Under the pieces are notes generated by a model, which ran no database searches, was not told where the DNA came from, and saw nothing but the letters and a program-made list of their open reading frames with translations. A stretch of DNA of 64,000 bases from NCBI GenBank assembly GCA_035353995.1, contig DAOQAL010000001.1, forward strand, positions 209,464 through 273,463, read 5' to 3'. The DNA is from Minisyncoccota bacterium. Lineage in GTDB: Bacteria; Patescibacteriota; Minisyncoccia; Phycocordibacterales; UBA9973. A program made the position numbers and the translations under genes. Positions 12,507 to 19,459 of this stretch are shown here, one piece after another. Every line of letters starts with the position of its first letter. Positions within the stretch are counted from its first letter, which is position 1.

Positions 12507-13412
12507 TTAGAGTTTCTTTTCTACTTCTTCTAGAGTTGGCATAGAAGATCCTGCACCTTCTTTTGTTACAGAAATTGATGCAGCAAAATTTGCAAAGGTA
12601 AGACTATCGGAAAAAGATTTTCCGCTTAAAATGCTAGCAGCTAAAGCTCCAACGAAACAGTCTCCCGCACCAGTAGAATCAACTGCTTGAACTTTTTTCC
12701 CTAGAATTCTAATCCTTTCATTACCATGAAAAGCCAAAACACCTTTTTCTCCTAGAGTTATTACAACATTAATATGACTATTGTTCAGTTTTTGAATTGC
12801 TTGCAATATGGATTCTTCATCTGAAGCATTAATTGTAACACCTGAAATAAAACTAAGTTCTGTTTCATTGAGAACTAGAATGTCTATAAGACTTAAAAGA
12901 TTTGTAGAAATAGACTGTGCTGGAGCAGGATTAAAAATATTAATTGTTCCAATTTTCTTACCCCTAGCAAAGAAAGCTTCTATTGTTTTGGTTGGAATCT
13001 CAAATTGAGATATTAAAACATCTCCCTTTTCAAATTCTATATTTTCTATATCTTTTTCTGTAAGTAAAAAATTTGCACCTGAGATTACGACTATAGTATT
13101 GTCGGAATTTTCTTCGGCAACAGTAATGAGTGCTATTCCAGTAGAAGTATCTTTTTCAATTAAAATGCTTGTCTCGACATTTTGTTGTTTTAAAAAATCT
13201 ACCAACTGTGTGCCAAATGGGTCGTCTCCAACCTTGCCAATCATAACAGTTTTTGCTCCGAGTTTTGAAGAAGCTATCGCTTGATTTGCACCTTTACCAC
13301 CGGGAAAGTATTTAAGATTAGAACCAAAAACCGTCTCACCATTTTTGGGATGATACTTAGTAGTAGCCACTATATCCATATTTATGCTTCCTGCGACAAT
13401 AACTTTGCACAT
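12507..13412 (-). CDS. rbsK: ribokinase / PfkB-family sugar kinase
   Basis: N-terminal …IVAGSINMDIV…GGKGANQA… and C-terminal …DSTGAGDCFVGALA anion-hole motif. Confidence 0.8.
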   Translation of the reverse strand: MCKVIVAGSINMDIVATTKYHPKNGETVFGSNLKYFPGGKGANQAIASSKLGAKTVMIGKVGDDPFGTQLVDFLKQQNVETSILIEKDTSTGIALITVAEENSDNTIVVISGANFLLTEKDIENIEFEKGDVLISQFEIPTKTIEAFFARGKKIGTINIFNPAPAQSISTNLLSLIDILVLNETELSFISGVTINASDEESILQAIQKLNNSHINVVITLGEKGVLAFHGNERIRILGKKVQAVDSTGAGDCFVGALAASILSGKSFSDSLTFANFAASISVTKEGAGSSMPTLEEVEKKL

Positions 13413-13487
13413 AAGAAAAGTATATCATTTAAACGATTAAAGTCAGAACTATAAAATGTAAAAGGGTCTTGTGCTGTCACAAATCTG

Positions 13488-13574
13488 CGGAGGGTGGGAG
13501 ATTCGAACTCCCGATGCCCTTTCAGGCATACAGACTTTCCAGGTCTGCGCACTAGACCGCTATGCGAACCCTCC
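13488..13574 (-). tRNA. tRNA-Ser (anticodon GGA), class II with long variable arm
   Basis: Minus-strand cloverleaf: acceptor GGAGGGT/ACCCTCC, anticodon stem CAGAC/GTCTG with loop CU-GGA-AA, variable hairpin ATGCCC…GGGCAT, T-arm GGGAG-TTCGAAT-CTCCC. No encoded CCA. Confidence 0.85.
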
Positions 13575-13610
13575 TTCTTTTATTAATTTTTTAAACATAA
13601 TACATAATTA

Positions 13611-13683
13611 TTACGCATCCCGCCAAGGGCGGGACAAGCTAGACCTTTACCCCGAAGGGGCCCCGTTGGGGTGCGAACCCTCC
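13611..13683 (-). repeat. GC-rich triple-hairpin element that begins with a 12-nt copy of the tRNA-Ser 5' end
   Basis: On the minus strand it starts GGAGGGTTCGCA, identical to tRNA-Ser positions 1-12. It is followed by hairpins CCCC-AAC-GGGG, CCCC-TTC-GGGG and CCCGCC-CTT-GGCGGG. Confidence 0.5.
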
Positions 13684-13724
13684 TTTATATATAATCTATC
13701 TTATTTTAAGAAAAAAGAGAAATA

Positions 13725-13733
13725 TGGTAAAAT
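13725..13733 (+). promoter_or_regulatory. leaderless-type extended -10 TGgTAAAAT, 6 nt upstream of ATG 13740
   Basis: TGnTAAAAT with a 6-nt spacer. Confidence 0.4.
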
Positions 13734-13739
13734 GCTTCT

Positions 13740-14198
13740 ATGAAAAAAATAAGAATTTTTTCGACAGCAATAGAAGATAAAATAAGAATTTATTTGAGTC
13801 ATAAACCAAAGTTATATGCTCTTGTGGTAGGTTTTGGTATCGTATGGTTTTGGCGAGGTGTATGGCATACGACAGATATAATTCATTCTTACTTTAATAT
13901 TTTTCAAAATAGTTTAACAATAGATTCAATTTCATCTCCTTGGTGGGATGGCCCTCTTTCTTTGGCTTTTGGTACTGTTGTTCTATTTGCCACTGGTGCA
14001 TTTACATCAAGCTTTATCGGTAATGAATTAATCCTTTCAGGACTTCGTGGTGAAAAAAGGTTAAATCAACAAACTCAAACACAAGTTAAAACAGAAGAGG
14101 AATTTATTTTAGACTTAAAACAAGAAATTAATAAAATGTCAGAGAAGGTTCAAGAGTTGGAGGGTGAAGTTCATAAAAAAAATAAAAACAATGTTTAA
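13740..14198 (+). CDS. hypothetical membrane protein with C-terminal coiled-coil
   Basis: ORF preceded by TGgTAAAAT (13725-13733) 6 nt before the ATG. Confidence 0.4.
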   Translation: MKKIRIFSTAIEDKIRIYLSHKPKLYALVVGFGIVWFWRGVWHTTDIIHSYFNIFQNSLTIDSISSPWWDGPLSLAFGTVVLFATGAFTSSFIGNELILSGLRGEKRLNQQTQTQVKTEEEFILDLKQEINKMSEKVQELEGEVHKKNKNNV

Positions 14199-15402
14199 TT
14201 TAGAAAAAATTAGATCAGATTTTAAAATATTAAGTGAAAAGGATAGCAATAATATTCCAATATATTTTGACAGTGCTTGTATGAGCTTGAAACCGAATTC
14301 TGTAATTGAAGCAATGAATGATTATTATTTTAAATTTCCAGCTTGTGGAGGAAGAAGTTCTCATAAAATGGGAGAATTGGTTACAAAGAAAATAAAAAAT
14401 ACAAGAGAAATAATTGCAAAATTTATAAATGCTCGTAATGAGAATGAAATAATATTTACGCGTAACACAACGGAGGGTATTAATTTGCTTGCTAATTCAA
14501 TTGATTTTAATAATGGTGATATTGTTCTAATAACAGAAAAAGAGCATAATTCAAATTTAGTACCATGGCTTTATTTGAGAGAAAAGAAAGGTATCATTGT
14601 GAAAACAATTCCGCTTAACGATGATAATACTTTTAATTTTGAAAAATTTTTGGAATTAGTAAAAGGAGTAAAATTAGTATCTGTCGGATATACATCAAAT
14701 TTGGATGGTGTAAGTGTGCCCGTGAAAGAGATAATAGAAGTTGCTCACAAAAATGGTGCACTTGTATGTCTTGATGCAGCACAGACTGTTTTGCACGAAA
14801 GAATTAATGTTAAAAATTTAGATGTTGATTTTTTAGTATTTTCTGGACATAAAATGCTTGGTCCAACTGGCACAGGTGTTCTTTATGGTAAATATGAATT
14901 GTTAGACAAATTATCAGCATTTATTCTTGGTGGTGATACTGTTGAATATACAACATATTCTGATTACAAATTATTGCCAGTTCCAGAAAGATTTGAAGCT
15001 GGACTAGCAGATTATGCCGGAATAATTGGACTTGGAGAAGCAGTAAGATATTTAAATGAAATCGATTTTAATGATATAAAAAAACACGAATTGGAATTAA
15101 ATTCATATATTACAGAAGAATTATTAAAATTACCTAATATAAAAATTATTGGACCATCTGATCCATCAAAAAGGGGAGGAATAATAAATTTCTATATTGA
15201 AGGAGTTGATATGCATAAAATAGCTTTAATGTTGGATAATATGGCTAATGTATCAATTCGTTCAGGTCAGCATTGTGTCCATTCTTGGTTTAACAACAAA
15301 AATATTAAAAACTCTGCTAGAATATCTATTGCTTTCTACAATACAAAAAAAGAAGCAGAAATTCTTATTAGCAATCTAAATAAAATTATTAAAATAATAT
15401 AG
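14191..15402 (+). CDS. cysteine desulfurase-like class V aminotransferase (SufS/NifS/CsdA family)
   Basis: PLP-lysine region …FLVFSGHKMLGPTGTGVLYG… and C-terminal …RSGQHC… active-site Cys motif. The ATG at 14191 is more likely than the GTG at 14164. Confidence 0.8.
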   Translation: MFNLEKIRSDFKILSEKDSNNIPIYFDSACMSLKPNSVIEAMNDYYFKFPACGGRSSHKMGELVTKKIKNTREIIAKFINARNENEIIFTRNTTEGINLLANSIDFNNGDIVLITEKEHNSNLVPWLYLREKKGIIVKTIPLNDDNTFNFEKFLELVKGVKLVSVGYTSNLDGVSVPVKEIIEVAHKNGALVCLDAAQTVLHERINVKNLDVDFLVFSGHKMLGPTGTGVLYGKYELLDKLSAFILGGDTVEYTTYSDYKLLPVPERFEAGLADYAGIIGLGEAVRYLNEIDFNDIKKHELELNSYITEELLKLPNIKIIGPSDPSKRGGIINFYIEGVDMHKIALMLDNMANVSIRSGQHCVHSWFNNKNIKNSARISIAFYNTKKEAEILISNLNKIIKII

Positions 15403-15405
15403 AAT
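15400..15405 (+). promoter_or_regulatory. leaderless-type -10 TAGAAT, 6 nt upstream of ATG 15412
   Basis: TAGAAT hexamer with a 6-nt spacer and no SD. Confidence 0.35.
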
Positions 15406-15411
15406 AAAAAC

Positions 15412-16347
15412 ATGCCTTGTGTAATCGCTTTAATTATTTTTTCAATATTAGGAATATTCAGTGCTTCACATAGATCCTTGGCGAAGGAAGCTTTTGATTG
15501 TGTATTTAAGCGTATAACATTGCGTCCATGCAATTCTGGTTTTAAAGAAAAAATAAAAAGCAAAGTTTTATCAAAGCTGATAGATCGTTCGGTGTTTTTG
15601 ACACGTATAGTTAATAAACATTACGAATTACTTTCTTGGATATTTTTTATTTTGATGTTTGGCAGTATGGCATGGGTAATTTATGGTGGATATAATTTTT
15701 ATGTATATGGAAGTTGTAATGGTTTAAATGAAAGTGGATTTTGTGCTTTTGATCCTAGTGGAAAAAATAATAAAATAAGTGAAGTGAATGCAGAATGTGG
15801 CATAACTCAAAAATCAAGTGATAAGTTGACTTTAAATGATGTAGATTTGTCTAGTTTTCCTACAAAAAATATTACTAATGCAAAAGATTCTATTGTATTT
15901 ATTGGTTGTTATGCTTGTGACTACAGCAGGAAAGCATATCCTGATATTCAAAAATTAATAACTTCAAAAAAAACAAATTTTGTATTTGCACATTTTCCAG
16001 CAAAAGGTGATACAACCTTCTTAGAAGAAGTAGGATATTGTGTTTATAAAGATTATAAAGAAAAATATTGGGATTTTAATAATTATTTATTTACAGAAGA
16101 TAAAGATTTTATTTTAGATAAAGCAAATATAAATGAAATATTAGGGAGTTTTAATTTTGATGTAGAAAAAGTAAATGAATGTGCAAATAGTATTGAAACA
16201 AAAAACATAGTAGAAAAACAAGTAGAAGAATTGAAGAAAACTGGATTGTATGGAACGCCAACTATTTTTATAAATGGAAAAGCATTTGTTGGTCCTAAAC
16301 CTTATAGAGTTTACAGAAGTGCAATAAATAAATTTATTTTCTTTTAA
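15412..16347 (+). CDS. membrane-anchored DsbA-like thiol:disulfide oxidoreductase with extra N-terminal Cys pairs
   Basis: N-terminal TM helices with C…C pairs (DCVFKRITLRPC; GSCNG…FCAF) then a thioredoxin-fold region with CYAC (CxxC). Confidence 0.55.
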   Translation: MPCVIALIIFSILGIFSASHRSLAKEAFDCVFKRITLRPCNSGFKEKIKSKVLSKLIDRSVFLTRIVNKHYELLSWIFFILMFGSMAWVIYGGYNFYVYGSCNGLNESGFCAFDPSGKNNKISEVNAECGITQKSSDKLTLNDVDLSSFPTKNITNAKDSIVFIGCYACDYSRKAYPDIQKLITSKKTNFVFAHFPAKGDTTFLEEVGYCVYKDYKEKYWDFNNYLFTEDKDFILDKANINEILGSFNFDVEKVNECANSIETKNIVEKQVEELKKTGLYGTPTIFINGKAFVGPKPYRVYRSAINKFIFF

Positions 16348-16381
16348 AGGTCTTTTATTATTATTTATTAAAAATAAAATT

Positions 16382-16780
16382 ATGAAAGGATTTAATGCAA
16401 ACATAGAAAAAGAAACTTTAGAAAATAAAAATTTTCGTAAAGTTTTATACACTGGAAAAAATAGCCAATTGGTTTTAATGAGCTTAAAACCTGGAGAAGA
16501 AATTGGTATGGAAGTACACAAAGATAATGACCAATTTTTCCGCTTTGAAAGTGGGGAGGGAAAAGTTTTCATTGATGGAAATGAATATGCAGTAGCCGAT
16601 GGTTCTGCTATTATCGTTCCATCAGGTGCAGAGCATAATGTTGTTAATACGTCTATGACAGATGATCTTAAACTCTACACAATTTATTCTCCAGCTCACC
16701 ATCAAGATGGAGTGATTCGTCTTACAAAAGCTGAAGCTGAAGCCAACGGTCCAGAATTCGACGGCAAAACGACAGAGTAA
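16382..16780 (+). CDS. cupin-domain protein
   Basis: Two-motif cupin signature (…GMEVHKDNDQFF…GEG… / …PSGAEHNVVN…). Confidence 0.7.
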   Translation: MKGFNANIEKETLENKNFRKVLYTGKNSQLVLMSLKPGEEIGMEVHKDNDQFFRFESGEGKVFIDGNEYAVADGSAIIVPSGAEHNVVNTSMTDDLKLYTIYSPAHHQDGVIRLTKAEAEANGPEFDGKTTE

Positions 16781-16793
16781 ATTTATTCTCGAA

Positions 16794-16891
16794 TTTTTTG
16801 CCTTGTAAAGTTACAGGGGATTTTTCTATTGCATATATCAGCTTTTTTGCCTTGTAAAGTTACAGGGGATTTTTCTATTTCATATATCAGC
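16794..16891 (+). repeat. two tandem copies of a 49-bp unit, each with a hairpin + T-run
   Basis: TTTTTTGCCTTGTAAAGTTACAGGGGATTTTTCTATT(G/T)CATATATCAGC occurs twice, with one mismatch between copies. Each unit holds CCTTGTA-AAGT-TACAGGG followed by a T-run. Confidence 0.8.
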
Positions 16892-16912
16892 TATAGCGTA
16901 TATGTGTAAAAT
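16881..16912 (+). repeat. conserved 32-nt intergenic motif, copy 1 (CATATATCAGCTATAGCGTATATGTGTAAAAT)
   Basis: About 30 of 32 nt identical to 29406-29437. The core GCTATAGC is palindromic, flanked by ATAT…ATAT. Confidence 0.7.
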
Positions 16913-16995
16913 TTAGTTTTTAGCTATGGTATTTTTTACCACTATGTTTTTCATGGGGGATAAAATTTAGAATTTAAAAAAAATAAAAAAAATAG

Positions 16996-17001
16996 TATAA
17001 T
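16996..17001 (+). promoter_or_regulatory. leaderless-type -10 TATAAT, 6 nt upstream of ATG 17008
   Basis: TATAAT hexamer with a 6-nt spacer and no SD. Confidence 0.4.
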
Positions 17002-17007
17002 GGAATT

Positions 17008-17934
17008 ATGATTTTTTCAATAATAATTACAGTAATCGGACTTTCTCTTTTTGAAACAATTTCATCAGTTGATAACGCTATAATAAATGCGGAAATTCTT
17101 TCGACGATGAGCAAGCGTGCAAGAAGATGGTTTCTTACTTGGGGAATGTTGATTGCTGTATTTTTAGTTCGCGGACTTCTTCCTTTTTGTATAATATGGG
17201 CATTTAATCCAACATTATCTATTTGGCAAGTATTATCTGCTGCTTGGTCTAGCAATCCATTAGTTCAAGAATCTATACAAAAATCCGCACCTATTTTACT
17301 TATAGCAGGTGGTGTATTTTTGTTGTTTTTATTTTTGCATTGGTTATTTCTTGAAGACAAAAAACTTGGTTTGCCAAGAACAGAGAAATTCTTTATGTCA
17401 AAAGGTGTTTGGTTTTACGCTGTAGTTTCTATTTTACTTACAGTTATTGCTTGGTTTGCTCTTAAGGAAAGCAATCTAATGGCTTTCGGCGCTGTAGTTG
17501 GTTCAACTTTATTTTTTATAACTCATGGATTCAAACAAAATGCTGAACTTCAAGAAAAAAAATTATTAGGAGGAACAGGTTCTGATTTAAGTAAATTGTT
17601 TTTCTTGGAAATAATAGACTCTACTTTTTCAATAGATGGTGTACTTGGTGCTTTTGCCTTTACACTTTCTGTTCCACTTATCCTTTTTGGAAATGGTTTA
17701 GGTGCTCTTATTGTAAGAGAATTAACTTTACGTAATATAGAAAATATTAAAAAATATATTTATTTAAAAAATGGTGCAATGTATTCAATATTAGTACTTG
17801 GAATAATAATGATAATGCATAGTTTTGGTTTTGATATTCCAGAATATGTTTCACCTGCAATAACATTTATTATTATTGGTGCATTTTTCTGGAAATCAAA
17901 ATTGCATATTAAATTAAATAAAAATTTGATTTAA
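17008..17934 (+). CDS. DUF475/TerC-like integral membrane protein
   Basis: N-terminus …LFETISSVDNAIINAEIL… resembles the DUF475/TerC signature; repeated hydrophobic helices. Leaderless promoter TATAAT at 16996-17001. Confidence 0.5.
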   Translation: MIFSIIITVIGLSLFETISSVDNAIINAEILSTMSKRARRWFLTWGMLIAVFLVRGLLPFCIIWAFNPTLSIWQVLSAAWSSNPLVQESIQKSAPILLIAGGVFLLFLFLHWLFLEDKKLGLPRTEKFFMSKGVWFYAVVSILLTVIAWFALKESNLMAFGAVVGSTLFFITHGFKQNAELQEKKLLGGTGSDLSKLFFLEIIDSTFSIDGVLGAFAFTLSVPLILFGNGLGALIVRELTLRNIENIKKYIYLKNGAMYSILVLGIIMIMHSFGFDIPEYVSPAITFIIIGAFFWKSKLHIKLNKNLI

Positions 17935-18015
17935 TTGTTTTTTTGATATAATATCCTTTTGAAATGTTGTAATTTATCATTTTGTAAAAAAGTTATTTAT
18001 AAGTTTTAACAAAAA

Positions 18016-18747
18016 ATGTTGGAAAAAATGGAAAAGCTAAATTTAAGAGAGTTTATCAAAGAGAACTCATATGAGTTCTCAGATGGTTTTGAACCTAAAG
18101 GTAATTCTATTGGTTGTATTGATGACAGAGCTGATGAACCTGGTTCACAGGAAAAAATTGCTTTACCGGGTGGTGGATTAGGAATTCTTTTCTCCGTTTT
18201 TAATTGTATTTCTTTATTAAAAAAGAAATACGGAGAGAACATCAAAGTAGATATCGAGAAAATTTCCCAAGAAGTAGAGAATATTACTGGTATCTCAATT
18301 CACACCGATGAAAAAAATGTTCAAGAGAACAATCCTGTTTTATGTGGTGGCTGTGGTCACTGTTCTGGAATGCTGAAGAATCATGATTTATCCGACGATT
18401 TTCATTCTTTTACTTTGAATTCTTATTTACCAAAATTAAAAGAAGAAGGAGTGCAACCGGTTGTTTATCGTGGCTCACATAATGCCGATGGTGTAGTAAT
18501 CATTGAGGACTTAAAAACTGGTTTACGTTCTAAATCTTCAAAAGGCCAAGTTTTTGTTTACAACAAAAATTGGCATCATAAAATTTTAGAAGAAGCATCA
18601 AAGGTAATTTTCGAAAATCTAAAAGGAGAGATTCCTGGCTTGAAGCAAGAAGAGGTTTCCAGTACATTGTTGACTCAAGCGGAAAAAGAACTTGAAAAAA
18701 CTATTGATCACTTAGCATCTAGTTTGCCAAAAATTTCAATTCCGTAA
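18016..18747 (+). CDS. hypothetical cytoplasmic protein with CGGCGHC cysteine cluster
   Basis: 243 aa containing …ALPGGGLG… and …CGGCGHCSGM… motifs. No family recognised. Confidence 0.4.
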   Translation: MLEKMEKLNLREFIKENSYEFSDGFEPKGNSIGCIDDRADEPGSQEKIALPGGGLGILFSVFNCISLLKKKYGENIKVDIEKISQEVENITGISIHTDEKNVQENNPVLCGGCGHCSGMLKNHDLSDDFHSFTLNSYLPKLKEEGVQPVVYRGSHNADGVVIIEDLKTGLRSKSSKGQVFVYNKNWHHKILEEASKVIFENLKGEIPGLKQEEVSSTLLTQAEKELEKTIDHLASSLPKISIP

Positions 18748-18754
18748 AAAAAAC

Positions 18755-18790
18755 AAACCCGTAGTACTTGGTACTACGGGTTTTTGTTTT
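18755..18790. terminator. bidirectional intrinsic terminator between convergent genes
   Basis: AAACCCGTAGTAC-TTG-GTACTACGGGTTTTTGTTTTT, with an A-run on the 5' side. Confidence 0.7.
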
Positions 18791-18802
18791 TAATACAAAT
18801 CC

Positions 18803-19351
18803 TTAGAAAATCCTAATTTTGATATTAGCAATGACGGGATCGTTCTTGTGATTGCTATTATTGCTAAATTTGACAATCACCATTCCAGGAGATGTGGATG
18901 CAAAAGCGGAAATGATAATATCTCCATCACAGTCGTCAATGACTGTTGCGGAGTTTACAAGTATTCCACTTTCTGCAGTGAAATTAGGAATGTTCACTGT
19001 TGTTTCCCAGTGATTGTTATTACTGATTTCCGGAATAGATATGGTAAACGAATATAACGTACCACAGTTTCCAGGTGCACCACTGTAGGATAAGTTTCTC
19101 CAAATGCCATCCCAAAACCAGTAACTTTTTGTATCCAGATTATAAACAAGTAATCCGTTGGCAAGGGAATCTATGGCATTCATTTGAGTATCCGTCATCC
19201 TGGGAGGAAGGAATCCTTTTTCTGTGCTTGATATTTCAAGCATTGCACAGTTTGCTCTGTTTAATGTATCAGTTCCGATGTGTACTTGCGCTTCTGTCTT
19301 TTGGTATAAGAGCAGTACAGCAAATAATAAAAAAACAGCAATCTTTTTCAT
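18803..19351 (-). CDS. secreted hypothetical protein (signal peptide MKKIAVFLLFAVLLLYQKTEA)
   Basis: Clear N-terminal signal peptide with an AQ cleavage context; beta-rich composition. Confidence 0.4.
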   Translation of the reverse strand: MKKIAVFLLFAVLLLYQKTEAQVHIGTDTLNRANCAMLEISSTEKGFLPPRMTDTQMNAIDSLANGLLVYNLDTKSYWFWDGIWRNLSYSGAPGNCGTLYSFTISIPEISNNNHWETTVNIPNFTAESGILVNSATVIDDCDGDIIISAFASTSPGMVIVKFSNNSNHKNDPVIANIKIRIF

Positions 19352-19444
19352 AGCGTGATTTTTAGGTTTTTGTTCAAGAAATTTTCTACATCCAATATAA
19401 CATATCTACTTAAAAAAGTCAATTAAATTAAAGATTTTTCTATA

Positions 19445-19453
19445 TGTTACAAT
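19445..19453 (+). promoter_or_regulatory. leaderless-type extended -10 TGtTACAAT, 6 nt upstream of helicase-nuclease ATG (19460)
   Basis: TGnTACAAT with a 6-nt spacer. Confidence 0.45.
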
Positions 19454-19459
19454 ATTTAT

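Noticed and set aside
13471-13743. 90-aa + strand ORF
   Set aside because: It lies entirely over the minus-strand tRNA-Ser and the GC-rich hairpin block, and its composition is driven by those RNA/structural sequences.
14164-14190. GTG start for the SufS-like gene, and the TTG/GTG starts at 27877, 32553, 51243
   Set aside because: In each case an in-frame ATG a few codons downstream has a better context (a leaderless -10 or the conserved N-terminus); the track simply took the longest ORF.
16794-16891. Possible CRISPR array (and likewise 29345-29400)
   Set aside because: Only 2 and 4 directly abutting copies with no unique spacers between units, and no cas genes; these are simple tandem repeats.
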